Source: an uncultured Methanosarcinales archaeon
GTDB lineage: Archaea > Nanobdellota > Nanobdellia > Woesearchaeales > DSVV01
Assembly (NCBI GenBank): GCA_964452935.1
Contig: CAYVNO010000001.1
Span: forward strand, 25,537-89,536
DNA: 64,000 nt
Reading direction: 5' to 3'
The notes beneath the pieces were generated by a model. That model was not told the DNA's origin, searched no databases, and was given only the letters and a program-made list of their open reading frames with translations. This document shows, piece after piece, positions 19,005 through 29,161 of the stretch. The stretch's first letter is position 1, and each line of letters begins with the position of its first letter. Both the position numbers and the translations under genes were made by a program.

Positions 19005-20222
19005 TTATTTGTTTTTGGTTTGAGGTTTTTCACCCATAGTTTTAGAGTCTTCTTTATCTACATTACATTTTTCTCTATTTTCTTCGAAGTGGAACATTCC
19101 TTTTACTGCTCTTGAGAGTTTTTGAAGTCTTCTGTTGTCTGTCTTTAGATGTTTGTTGCCCATATATAGTTTTTTATTAATTTCCATTGAGAATATGAAT
19201 ACATCTGGGTATTTGGTGGAGAGATATTTCAATATGTACCCTCCTTTGTATGGTTTATTAAATACTACATTCTTACATGCGTGTGTTGTAAGGTTCTTTT
19301 TCATTGTTTCAACAATGGGCATATAGAATGCTGGGATATAGCTAGTACCAAAGCTTAGGTCTGGTCTTCCTTTTTCGTGTACCATTGAATGACCATCAAA
19401 GATTATATTAAAACGGTGTGTTTCAATTAGTTTATTTAGTACATAGTAAAACTGATCATAATTCTTTAGAATTACTTCTTTCTGTCTTTTATTTAGTTTT
19501 CCTTTCCAAATATTCTTTACTCTTTTTTCTGATTCGTTTGTGTATATTGCTCTTTCTCTGGCCCTATTTAAGTCACAAAAGAATCTTGAAAACTTGGCAT
19601 TAATCCAAACTCCTCCTTTTTCTAGAACTAGTGGTCCATAAATTATGTCTGTTCCCATATCATCTTCTTGGAACCTTTTTTCTTCTGTAATCTCCATTAA
19701 TTCTTGGCCATATTTTGGGACCCATTTTCCACCATGGACGGTCATAAGAAGTGTGTTGAACTGGTTTTTCTTATAATTATCATAAATCATAATTCCGTTC
19801 TTTGTTATTGTTAGATTTGTTTTGGGGTAATCTTTGTAATATAACTCAATGTCCTCTTTTACTGACTCGTATAACTCTTTTTCTGGAAAGAATTCTTTGA
19901 ACCATATTGTGTTCTTCTTCCTGTGGAAATAAGCTATTGTTCCGTCAAGAACATCTATTGTTCTTTTGTATGAGTTAAGTAATGAGATAAAGTTTAAATG
20001 AGGGGTTGATTCTATTTTGTCATTTATTTTCATTAACTCGTTAAGAACTGCTGAATATGATAATGATTCTGAGAATCTTTTTTGTTTTCTTTTTAGGAAT
20101 AGTAAGAACAGGCTTGATAATTTAGGAATGTGTTTGAGAAGAAATCTAGTTGTTGCAGGTTTTTTAGGTTCTTTTTCTTCTTCTGTTTTTACTTTTTCTC
20201 TTTTTGGAGTTATTTCTGTCAT
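19005..20222 (-). CDS. N-formylglutamate amidohydrolase-family Zn hydrolase with an N-terminal extension
   Basis: VHGG...EDDMGTD...SRFFCDLNR...DGHSM...NKPYKGGYI...MEINKKLYM. Confidence 0.8.
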   Translation of the reverse strand: MTEITPKREKVKTEEEKEPKKPATTRFLLKHIPKLSSLFLLFLKRKQKRFSESLSYSAVLNELMKINDKIESTPHLNFISLLNSYKRTIDVLDGTIAYFHRKKNTIWFKEFFPEKELYESVKEDIELYYKDYPKTNLTITKNGIMIYDNYKKNQFNTLLMTVHGGKWVPKYGQELMEITEEKRFQEDDMGTDIIYGPLVLEKGGVWINAKFSRFFCDLNRARERAIYTNESEKRVKNIWKGKLNKRQKEVILKNYDQFYYVLNKLIETHRFNIIFDGHSMVHEKGRPDLSFGTSYIPAFYMPIVETMKKNLTTHACKNVVFNKPYKGGYILKYLSTKYPDVFIFSMEINKKLYMGNKHLKTDNRRLQKLSRAVKGMFHFEENREKCNVDKEDSKTMGEKPQTKNK

Positions 20223-20223
20223 T

Positions 20224-21597
20224 TTATCCTTCTATTTTCTCTAATATTGCTTTTGTTTTATGTAAATCTTTTATGTTTTTTTCTGAATAGAATAATGCTA
20301 ACTCTTTTGCATATTCCTGTGTTATCTTATCTTTGTATCCAGCTCTTCTAGCTTTTGCAAGGATTTTATCTGAGATTGTTCTCTTTTCTTCAATTGTCTT
20401 TTTTATAGGTTCTAATAGTTTGTGATATTTCTTTGGAGTGTTACTTTTTATGAATTTATAGAATCTGTTTATGTATATAGTTAACTCTTTGTTCTTGAAT
20501 CCTTCATAGGCAGAGTGTTTCTGGAATTCATTTCTTACGATTGTGTGGGGAGGAATGAATATCATGTTATTTTCTATTTTAAATGCTTCTTTTACATCTA
20601 TATCCATTGGAACGACAAGCATAAAATCTTGATATATTTTTCTTAGAGAATATTTCATCATTGTTGAGACTCCAAATATTTGGGATAAGAAGTTCATGTC
20701 TCCTCCCCTGTATTCTATTGTCCCATGTTTGTTAATTTTGACTGGGTTCCATGCATAATCTAGAATATTTGAAGATTTTGCGAGTTCAGTTTTTCCATAA
20801 CCTGCTCTTTTTAGCAGGCTTATCCATTTTGCATGTTTTTTATTTAGTGTAGATAATAAGTCTCCGAGGGTTTGTTTGTATGGTGGGAGTCCTCCAAAAA
20901 GTTGTCTTGCCCCATACAATCCTTTCATATAATTTAGTTTTTTGCCCCCTCTGTATAAGACTGTTCTTGAGTCTTTAGCTAGATGTTTGCAGTTTACGAA
21001 TGGTGAGGCCTGTAATAATGTTGTTAAAATTGGATCCATAGCAATAATAAAATTATATCCGTCAAGCATTGTTTTCTTTACTTTTGAATTTAATTTATAG
21101 TGGAGCATTTTTGTTTTGTGGTCAAACATTCCTCTTGGTAGGGTGTAATGTTGATGGAATCCACAACATAGTCCTGCGTTGGTGAATCTCTCTTTTCCAA
21201 GAACCTTTTCTTTGACAGTATACCACCCACCTTGTCTGAATGAAGGCTTATTGATTCCAAAGTAGGTTGCAAAGGGGTAGATATGTTTGTTATTTTTTTC
21301 TGCTATTTCTGTTAATTTTATATGGCTGTTTACTATCTCTTTGCTTGTTGAGCTAAGCTTTCTGTAAGGAAAGCAGATTACCTCAATCATTGATTTTGCA
21401 CATTCTGCTTGAACATTTAATTTTTGTTTTTGTGCTTTTTTTAGTAATGGATCTGAGTGATCAATTGATCCATCATTATTTAGAATAAAATTCTCTGTTT
21501 CATATCCACTTAGAGAACGTTTTAATGGCTTATCATGGTCTTTTGTTGGGATAAATAGCCTAGTCAGTTTTTTAACATGTTCTTTTACCATTTTCAT
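20224..21597 (-). CDS. Glutamate-cysteine ligase family 2 (GCS2/YbdK-like) carboxylate-amine ligase
   Basis: GYETE, ECAKSMIEV, GFHQH, ASPF...DSR and WNPVK...GTIEYRGGD. Confidence 0.75.
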   Translation of the reverse strand: MKMVKEHVKKLTRLFIPTKDHDKPLKRSLSGYETENFILNNDGSIDHSDPLLKKAQKQKLNVQAECAKSMIEVICFPYRKLSSTSKEIVNSHIKLTEIAEKNNKHIYPFATYFGINKPSFRQGGWYTVKEKVLGKERFTNAGLCCGFHQHYTLPRGMFDHKTKMLHYKLNSKVKKTMLDGYNFIIAMDPILTTLLQASPFVNCKHLAKDSRTVLYRGGKKLNYMKGLYGARQLFGGLPPYKQTLGDLLSTLNKKHAKWISLLKRAGYGKTELAKSSNILDYAWNPVKINKHGTIEYRGGDMNFLSQIFGVSTMMKYSLRKIYQDFMLVVPMDIDVKEAFKIENNMIFIPPHTIVRNEFQKHSAYEGFKNKELTIYINRFYKFIKSNTPKKYHKLLEPIKKTIEEKRTISDKILAKARRAGYKDKITQEYAKELALFYSEKNIKDLHKTKAILEKIEG

Positions 21598-21636
21598 ATT
21601 ATTTTAGAATTAAATCATATATAAACTTTACTTTGA

Positions 21637-22209
21637 TTATTGTAGTTGTTCTACTCTTTGTTGTAGTGATATTGCGATTCTTTTCATTTCTGTTGATTCT
21701 CTACCTTTCGGTACTTCTAATGGGGATATGTCTCTAATTATTGTGTAACGATTGTTGTCAGTGTAATGTAAGTTTAGGTAGTCTTCTAGGTCTTTGAATC
21801 TTTGTCTTCTGATTGCTTTTTTTACTTTTTTATCTCTCAAATGGATTCCTTCAATCTTCATTAGATATAATTTGTCTTCTTTAATTTCTATTTTATAAAT
21901 TGTTGTTGGTATCCCATAATCTCGTATGTAGATTGGTTGTGAATTAATTCCTGATTTTAGATATGCTCTTTCTTGAAGTTCTCTTGTGTATTCTCCAATT
22001 AATTCTGAGAGAGTTTTGTTTTTTGGTAGTTCTGGTGTGATGCTTATGAATTCTTGGTCTTCGTATTCGTTCCATGTTGCGATATCTCGAATACTTCCTG
22101 ATTCAAATCTATCTCTAGTCATTTCATCTCTTGCTTGTTCCCTAGAACACGGAGAAATGCCCATATATACAATGAGAGCTAAAGCTGAGAGGCTAATAAT
22201 CCTATTCAT
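21637..22209 (-). CDS. Hypothetical protein with an N-terminal hydrophobic segment
   Basis: 190-aa ORF with a TATA-like element upstream and no recognised motif. Confidence 0.5.
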   Translation of the reverse strand: MNRIISLSALALIVYMGISPCSREQARDEMTRDRFESGSIRDIATWNEYEDQEFISITPELPKNKTLSELIGEYTRELQERAYLKSGINSQPIYIRDYGIPTTIYKIEIKEDKLYLMKIEGIHLRDKKVKKAIRRQRFKDLEDYLNLHYTDNNRYTIIRDISPLEVPKGRESTEMKRIAISLQQRVEQLQ

Positions 22210-22241
22210 GTATAAATGATGTATGAGATAGTTTATATGTT

Positions 22242-25200
22242 TTATTTCTTCTTTGGTTTAATTCCTAGTTTCTTCTCTGTTTTTGCGACCGTTAGTGTTG
22301 TTTTTACAACTGAGTCGGGGTTTAATGACATGGAATGGATGCCTGCTTCAACTAAGAATTCAGCAAATTCTGGGTAATCAGAAGGGGCTTGCCCACAGAT
22401 TCCAATGTACTTGTTCATTTTATTAGCAATATGTATTACTCTTCTAATTAATGTTTTTACGGCTTGGTTTCTTTCTTCATACACATGTGCTACTAATTCA
22501 GAGTCTCTGTCTACACCTAATGTTAGTTGAGTTAGGTCGTTACTTCCTATTGAAAATCCGTCAAAATGTTCTAAGAATTCTTCTGCAAGAATTACGTTAG
22601 ATGGTATTTCACACATTAGGATGATTTTTAAGTTATCTTTTCCTTTTTCTAGTCCATTTTTTTTCATTTCTTTTAGAACTAATAACCCTTCTTCTACTGT
22701 TCTACAGAACGGAATCATTAAGACAATGTTTTTTAGTCCAAACTCTTTCATTACTTTTCTCATTGCCATACATTCTAATGCAAATGCGTCTTTGTATGCA
22801 GGAGAGTAGTATCTTGAAGCACCTCTCCAGCCAATCATTGGGTTGTCTTCAGTTGGTTCGAAATATTTCCCACCAATTAAGTTTGCATATTCGTTTGATT
22901 TAAAGTCTGATAATCTTATAATAACTTTTTTTGGATAGAATGCTGCTGCTAATGTACCTACTCCTTGTGCAAGCTTATCGACAAAGAATTGTGCTTTGTT
23001 TTTGTAGCCTTCTGTTAGTTTGTTGATCTGATTTCTGATTTTATTGTCTGTTACTTTATTGAATTCTAGTAATGCTCTAGGATGTACTTTTATATATGAA
23101 TTTATTATGAATTCTTCTCTTGCAAGGCCAACTCCTGAATTTGGTAAGAAACTGAATTCAAATGCTTCTTCAGGATTACCAATGTTCATCATTATTTCTG
23201 TTCTTGTTTCTGGAATTGATTTAAGGTTTGTTTTATGTATTTTGAATTTGAGTAATTTATCATAGATATAACCAATTTCACCTGAAGAACAGTCTGTTGT
23301 TATCTTTTGTCCTTGTTTTATTAGTTGTGTTCCATTCTCTGTCCCGACAATACATGGTACTCCAAGTTCTCTAGAGATGATTGCTGCATGACAGTTATTT
23401 ACTAATACAGGGGTTAATTTTTCTGTGAATACTGCGTAATTGTGATTATCTGCTACAGTTATGTTGTATACATCACCAAAGCTTTCTTCTTTTAAGTCTA
23501 CCATTCTGTTCATACGTAAGTCACTTTCTAATAACTCTCTTATCTTTTGTGAATTTTCTTTTTTTAGATCTTCTTCTGAGATATACAAATTTTTATCATA
23601 TCTTAATTTAGTCTGACCTCTTACTTCGTCTTTATTGAATATCTGTCTTGTAGAAAAGAATCTGCTTTTTATCACTCTATTTCTTATAACTCCCTTTATT
23701 CTTTTTGTATACTTTAATATCTTATCTAATTTCTCGACAATTTGTACATTGTGGATGTTCCTATTTTTTGTGACTTGAGGTATAATTCCAATTCTAAGAC
23801 AAGCTAACATAGTTCCTTCTAGAAGATTTCGATTTGAGATATAAATATTAATTCTATTATTATAAAATGTTCCGTCCCCATCAATTACTCCTGCTAAAAA
23901 ATTATATGCTACTTCTTCATCGCTTTGAAGAAGGGTAGTTACGATTTGATTTTTTTGTTCATGCATATTGTATGCTATGTCTTTTGAGTATAATCTAAAT
24001 GCCGTTGCTTGCCCTCTGACCTCTTTTCCTCTGATCATTCCGGTAGATATCTTTTTCTCAAAAGGAACAAAACTTTTATTGTATACTGATGTCATACAGT
24101 CTTGCATATGGTTAATGAATCTTTCTTTTTCTGGGATTTGCTTTTGAATAAATTGGACTTCTCCATGAGTTCGTGATCTGTAAATATGTCCATCCGTCAT
24201 TATTCCTCCCAATAAGTATGCTAATCTCTTATCTTTTTCAGTGGTTTGATTAATCATGGGAATATGTTGGGCAATACACACCATTTCTTTGTCGAGAAGC
24301 ATTTGTTTTATTTCTGTATCAACTAATTGTCTGTTTTTAATGTTGATCATTTTGTGATCCGGGGTAATTGTTAATGTGTTGTCCCTTATCTTTCCCCTAA
24401 TAGAAACACTTATCTTTATTTTTTTGGATTTTTTCTTCATGGATGCAATAATTGGTTTCCATTCAATTCTCTTTGTTTGTCTATTCAATGAAGGGGTTAG
24501 TAATCCATTGTATCCTTCTTCATGAACTTGTTGCATTGTCATAAATCCTTTATTTGTTAAAATTTTGGTGTTACCATCAAAACAAGTTCTTCCTCCTCTG
24601 TTTGTAACTATTGCAGAGGCTATTTTCATAATTGGTTCCCAGTCTGGATCAGTCATATCTGTCACTAGGATTTGACCTTTTTTGAAATTATTAATGTCTT
24701 TTACGTCTTTGATTATATTTGCTGGACCTTGTCCTATTTTCATTCCTACAGCTTTTCCTTTTGCAACAATTTTTCCTTTTTGTTGTAATTTGTATTCTTC
24801 TAAAGTGTTTAAGTCTCTTTGACTCTGAACTGTTTCAGGTCTTGCTTGAACTATGAATAATTTTTTTGTTTTTCCATCTTTTGCCCATTCCATATCCATT
24901 GGTTTGAAATAGTTAGCTTTTTCTGAGTAATGGTCTTCTATAATGCATGCCCATTCTGCTAATTTTAGTACTTCTTTATCTTCTAGAACGAATTTCTTTC
25001 TATCTTCTTTGTTTACTGGAATATTTTTTACTGTTTTGTTACCTTCCGAGGCATAAATCATTTTTATTTTCTTTGGACCAACTTTTTTAGAGATTATTGG
25101 TTTGAACCCTTGTTTTAATGTTGGTTTGAAAACATAGTATTCGTCTGGGTTTACTGCTCCTTGTACAACATTTTCTCCTAGACCATATGCTCCTGTTATA

Positions 25201-25880
25201 AAAACAGCATCTTTAAATCCTGTTTCAGTATCAATGGAAAACATAACTCCTGAACATGAGAGGTCTGATCTAACCATCTTTTGAACTCCTATGCTTAGTC
25301 CTATGGAAAAATGGTCGAATTTTTTATCTACTCTGTATGAGATTGCTCTGTTAGTAAATAATGATGCAAAACATTTTTTACATGCGGCAATTAAATCGTG
25401 ATCTCCTTTTATATTTAGATATGTTTCTTGTTGACCTGCAAATGATGCATCTGGTAGGTCTTCAGCAGTGGCTGATGATCTTACAGCGACATCTGTTCTT
25501 TTTCCGTATTCTTTGCATAGCTTTTTGTATGCTTTGATTATTTCTTGTTTTAGATCTTCTGGAAATTCTGCGTTCTTTATTAGCTCTCTTACACGATGTC
25601 CTTTATCTGCTAAGTCTCTCATGTCTTTTGTGTTTAATCCTTTTAGAATATTTTTTACTTCATTCCTTATTCCTGCTTTTTCTAATAGGTGATGGTATGA
25701 ATGTGCTGTGATTGCGAAACCGTTCGGAATATTTACTCCTTTTTTTGTTAGATTTCTATACATCTCTCCTAATGAAGCATTTTTTCCACCAACATGAGGA
25801 ACATCTTCAATACCTAGTTCGTTAAACCATAGAATGAACTCTTTTTCTTTGTTTTTTGGTTTTTTCTTGAATAATGCCAT
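22242..25880 (-). CDS. ppsA: Phosphoenolpyruvate synthase, intein-containing
   Basis: VGGKNASLGEM, AVRSSATAEDLPDASFAGQQET, GGRT|CHAAIISRE and GFSIGSNDLTQ. Confidence 0.97.
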   Translation of the reverse strand: MALFKKKPKNKEKEFILWFNELGIEDVPHVGGKNASLGEMYRNLTKKGVNIPNGFAITAHSYHHLLEKAGIRNEVKNILKGLNTKDMRDLADKGHRVRELIKNAEFPEDLKQEIIKAYKKLCKEYGKRTDVAVRSSATAEDLPDASFAGQQETYLNIKGDHDLIAACKKCFASLFTNRAISYRVDKKFDHFSIGLSIGVQKMVRSDLSCSGVMFSIDTETGFKDAVFITGAYGLGENVVQGAVNPDEYYVFKPTLKQGFKPIISKKVGPKKIKMIYASEGNKTVKNIPVNKEDRKKFVLEDKEVLKLAEWACIIEDHYSEKANYFKPMDMEWAKDGKTKKLFIVQARPETVQSQRDLNTLEEYKLQQKGKIVAKGKAVGMKIGQGPANIIKDVKDINNFKKGQILVTDMTDPDWEPIMKIASAIVTNRGGRTCFDGNTKILTNKGFMTMQQVHEEGYNGLLTPSLNRQTKRIEWKPIIASMKKKSKKIKISVSIRGKIRDNTLTITPDHKMINIKNRQLVDTEIKQMLLDKEMVCIAQHIPMINQTTEKDKRLAYLLGGIMTDGHIYRSRTHGEVQFIQKQIPEKERFINHMQDCMTSVYNKSFVPFEKKISTGMIRGKEVRGQATAFRLYSKDIAYNMHEQKNQIVTTLLQSDEEVAYNFLAGVIDGDGTFYNNRINIYISNRNLLEGTMLACLRIGIIPQVTKNRNIHNVQIVEKLDKILKYTKRIKGVIRNRVIKSRFFSTRQIFNKDEVRGQTKLRYDKNLYISEEDLKKENSQKIRELLESDLRMNRMVDLKEESFGDVYNITVADNHNYAVFTEKLTPVLVNNCHAAIISRELGVPCIVGTENGTQLIKQGQKITTDCSSGEIGYIYDKLLKFKIHKTNLKSIPETRTEIMMNIGNPEEAFEFSFLPNSGVGLAREEFIINSYIKVHPRALLEFNKVTDNKIRNQINKLTEGYKNKAQFFVDKLAQGVGTLAAAFYPKKVIIRLSDFKSNEYANLIGGKYFEPTEDNPMIGWRGASRYYSPAYKDAFALECMAMRKVMKEFGLKNIVLMIPFCRTVEEGLLVLKEMKKNGLEKGKDNLKIILMCEIPSNVILAEEFLEHFDGFSIGSNDLTQLTLGVDRDSELVAHVYEERNQAVKTLIRRVIHIANKMNKYIGICGQAPSDYPEFAEFLVEAGIHSMSLNPDSVVKTTLTVAKTEKKLGIKPKKK
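23394..24584 (-). mobile_element. Intein (397 aa) with a LAGLIDADG homing endonuclease, in ppsA
   Basis: Starts CFDGNTKILT. Block B is ITPDHKM. LAGLIDADG motifs LLGGIMTDG and FLAGVIDGDG. Ends VYNITVADNHNY...VLVNN before extein Cys-His. Confidence 0.95.
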
Positions 25881-25975
25881 GTGTTGGTTTATATGTTGGG
25901 GAGTATATAAAGATTTGTTATTATTGTAGAATGGGTATGCAAAGGATTATATATCATTTATGGGTGTTTTGTTGT

Positions 25976-26911
25976 ATGGTGTTTATATTAGAACTTTCAA
26001 AAGAAGATTTAGAATTATCTGTTTATGAGGCGAGGAGATTATTGGGTGTTAAGGGGAAGTTAGTTGAGAATTTATTATTAGTTGAAGATGTTGATGTTGA
26101 TTTGGTTAAAAGGTTGGCGTATGTAAATAATTTATATGAACTTGTTGTTCAATGTGATATGAAGGATTTTGAGAAGAGTTTGAAAGGTTTAGGAAAGTTT
26201 TATGAGAAAAGTTATTGTGTTAGGAAGATTGGTGATGGGTTAAGCGAGAAAGAGATTGGGTCTTTGTTCTGGGATAGGTTAGTTGAGGTCGGTTTGAAAC
26301 CTAAAGTTGACTTGTTTAAACCAAAGACGTTATTTGTTTGCATTTTTTTTAAGAATAATGTTATTGTTGGTAAATTAATATGGGGTAATGAGAAAGAATT
26401 CTTGAATAGGAAAGCTCATAAAAGGCCTGCTTTACATCCGAGTTCGTTAAATCCTAGGTTAGCTAAAGCAATGGTTAATATTTCTGCGAAGAATAACATC
26501 TGTGATCCTTTTTGTGGTTCAGGAGGAATTTTAATAGAGGCAGGGTTAATGGGGTTAAAGGTTGAGGGTTGCGATATCAATAGATTTATGATTAATGCTT
26601 GTGAAAAGAATTTGAAACATTTTGGTGTTAAATGTAAGTTAATGAGAAAGGATGCCCTGAAATTAATTGGTAAATTCGGAGCAATTGTTACTGATTTACC
26701 TTATGCAAAGAATACAAAGAATGTTGATTTGGATAAGTTGTATAAAGAGTTTTTTAAGAATGTTTATAGTTTAACTGATGTTATTGTTGTAGGTTTGCCT
26801 GATTTTGTTTCTTTGAAAGGTTTATTATATAGGTGGAAAGTTAAGAAGAAGTTTGTTTATTATTTGCATAAGAGTTTGAGTAAGGTTATTCTTGTTTTAG
26901 AGAAGAGTTAG
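25976..26911 (+). CDS. tRNA (guanine-10 N2)-methyltransferase, Trm11/TrmG10 family
   Basis: RPALHPSSLNPRLAKAMVN, DPFCGSGGILIEA, IVTDLPY and YLHKSL. Confidence 0.85.
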   Translation: MVFILELSKEDLELSVYEARRLLGVKGKLVENLLLVEDVDVDLVKRLAYVNNLYELVVQCDMKDFEKSLKGLGKFYEKSYCVRKIGDGLSEKEIGSLFWDRLVEVGLKPKVDLFKPKTLFVCIFFKNNVIVGKLIWGNEKEFLNRKAHKRPALHPSSLNPRLAKAMVNISAKNNICDPFCGSGGILIEAGLMGLKVEGCDINRFMINACEKNLKHFGVKCKLMRKDALKLIGKFGAIVTDLPYAKNTKNVDLDKLYKEFFKNVYSLTDVIVVGLPDFVSLKGLLYRWKVKKKFVYYLHKSLSKVILVLEKS

Positions 26912-27360
26912 TGGCAAGCGTATGGGTGGAGTTGTCTGATTATAGGTTCATCTTTTATTTTTATTGGGTATTTCTCCATAAGGTGGTTAAATTTGAATCC
27001 TCTATGTTCTGATCTGAATTTTCTAAATTCCCTACTTACGCTGTATTTTAATTCATGTTCTTGATGATCTTCTGCAGCTTTTCCTTTCCACTGAATTGGT
27101 CCGTTAGGTCTATCAAACCTTTCTCTTGATTTGTAGTTCGGGACTTCTTTTTTTATTGTTCTTATTAACATGTCTGCAACTATGTAATTTCCACTTGCGT
27201 CAGCATAACATGTTGCAAGATATAGAAAATCTGCGTAGATGGTTGAGTTTGGAAGATCTTGTTTTGTTTCTAACGCTTTATTTACTAATCTTTCAATGTT
27301 AGGTTCATCTCTTTTTCTCACTGTTCTTTCTGCTGTTTGTAGAATTTGTTTTAGTACCAT
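26908..27360 (-). CDS. Hypothetical protein
   Basis: 150-aa ORF with no recognised motif. Confidence 0.5.
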   Translation of the reverse strand: MVLKQILQTAERTVRKRDEPNIERLVNKALETKQDLPNSTIYADFLYLATCYADASGNYIVADMLIRTIKKEVPNYKSRERFDRPNGPIQWKGKAAEDHQEHELKYSVSREFRKFRSEHRGFKFNHLMEKYPIKIKDEPIIRQLHPYACH

Positions 27361-27363
27361 CTT

Positions 27364-27987
27364 TTATTTTTTCATGTATTGTCTAAAAGCTGTTAACATT
27401 TCATTATCTTCTTTTATTGGTGGGTTAATATGTAGTCCGGAGTTATTGTTTTCTGGTGTTGTAGGTTTTTTGGAATTATAAGTTCCAGGAGCAGGGCAGA
27501 GTTTTACATCTCCTTGCATTGGATCTATTCCAAGAAGGTTTTCTCTATATCCGTCTCTGTCTAATTCTGCTGTTCTATCTATGTACTTATCATCTTTTGT
27601 TGAAACTCTTGGTGTGAGTATTAATGTGTCGGTTGCTAAGAATGCTTCAAAATATAATCCATTTTCTCCAACTTCAAATAAGTAGGTCGAGGTAAATATA
27701 TCCATGTCTTTGCCTGATCCAGAGGTTCTTCTGTATTTATAATCTGCTAGTTGTCCAGGAATTAATGAATCTGCTAGTGCAGCAACATTTGTTCTTGTAT
27801 CTTCGTCAGTTGTTAGTAATTCTAGTTGTTGGTCTAATGGAAGATCATTGAATCTGCCAATTAGTTCTTTCTCACTTCCTTCTGTTAGTAGTCCAGCTAG
27901 TCTTTCAGCCATATCATCCAAAGGGATTTGATATGTGGCTGTGCTAGTTGTTTCTATTCCTTGGTATTTTGTTACAGTTATACGCAT
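27364..27987 (-). CDS. Hypothetical protein
   Basis: ORF tandem with 26908-27360, no recognised motif. Confidence 0.5.
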   Translation of the reverse strand: MRITVTKYQGIETTSTATYQIPLDDMAERLAGLLTEGSEKELIGRFNDLPLDQQLELLTTDEDTRTNVAALADSLIPGQLADYKYRRTSGSGKDMDIFTSTYLFEVGENGLYFEAFLATDTLILTPRVSTKDDKYIDRTAELDRDGYRENLLGIDPMQGDVKLCPAPGTYNSKKPTTPENNNSGLHINPPIKEDNEMLTAFRQYMKK

Positions 27988-28105
27988 TTTTATCAATTTG
28001 AAGGTAATCAAATGGGGTTTATAATACTAATTGTTATATCTATTATTTTCTATATAGAAAATAATAACAATAATATTTTTAAGGAGGTGTTTATTCCTTT
28101 CAAGA

Positions 28106-29161
28106 ATGCCAAGAAGATATGGAACAGGAGACGGAATAAGAGGAAGAGGAGGAAGATTTAGTGGAGATTTTTCTAGTAGAGGCGGTACTCAAGCAAGATT
28201 AGAAGAGCTTGCAGATAGGACTACGGCTGCACATAATCCTAGAAATAAGTCTAGACAGGTTCCTGAACCAATCACTGTTCATGAGTATGGTGGAATTGGA
28301 GAGCTTAGGGAATTAACTAAGAATGATTGTTATCCTGTTTATAATCATGTAGTTAAACAAGGTCTTCAACCTAGTAATGCTCTTGGAAGGGCTGTTACAT
28401 GTTTTATGGTTAATATGTTTTTGAATTTGCCAGGAGATGATTATTCTAGAAGAAGATATTCAAATAATGATAGAAGGGCTATGAGAGAACAGTTTGATAT
28501 TTTCCGTGAGGGTTTAATGGGGTTAGAGATTCTTTTTGGAGAAAGAAGTAATCTAGGTATTGGCGGATTTAAGAAAATTACTAATTGGTATGAACATGTT
28601 GATTATTTGGTTGAGAATGTAGATCTTTATTCAGTGTCTAGATCTGATATTGTTTATGTTAATGTTCCTCCTCAGGGACGTTTTTCAAATAGAGAGGAGA
28701 AAGCGCTTGAGGCAGTGTTTACAGGGTATAGAGATGAACAAGAACCTCATTTAAGAGTTCTCAAAGAAAATGCTAGTGAGGCGTTACTTCAACTTATGTT
28801 GAATCCAGAATTAAATGATCTTGAATCATATATTGATTCTATTGGTGAATATGATTTTAGTAATGAAAATGGAGGAGTAGAGGAAGCTGTTGATGCGATT
28901 ACCCCTCTTTTGAGATTATTTGATCAAATGGAGAAAGGGCAAGAACTTACAGCTGTTGAAGATTTCAAGGAGAGATATGGGGCAATGTTGCAAAAATATC
29001 CTGATCAACAAGGTTTAATATCATTGATGTCACAGGCGGTTGCTGAGGACGGTGTGTTAATAACTGAAGGAGCAGATGTAACAGAGATTCCTAACTTTAG
29101 GTTAGTTATGAGTTACAGAGATTGCTGTATGTATCAAAGAGTTAATCCAACTTCTCAATAA
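28106..29161 (+). CDS. Hypothetical protein with an RG/RGG-rich N-terminus
   Basis: 351 aa, beginning MPRRYGTGDGIRGRGGRFSGDFSSRGG. Confidence 0.6.
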   Translation: MPRRYGTGDGIRGRGGRFSGDFSSRGGTQARLEELADRTTAAHNPRNKSRQVPEPITVHEYGGIGELRELTKNDCYPVYNHVVKQGLQPSNALGRAVTCFMVNMFLNLPGDDYSRRRYSNNDRRAMREQFDIFREGLMGLEILFGERSNLGIGGFKKITNWYEHVDYLVENVDLYSVSRSDIVYVNVPPQGRFSNREEKALEAVFTGYRDEQEPHLRVLKENASEALLQLMLNPELNDLESYIDSIGEYDFSNENGGVEEAVDAITPLLRLFDQMEKGQELTAVEDFKERYGAMLQKYPDQQGLISLMSQAVAEDGVLITEGADVTEIPNFRLVMSYRDCCMYQRVNPTSQ

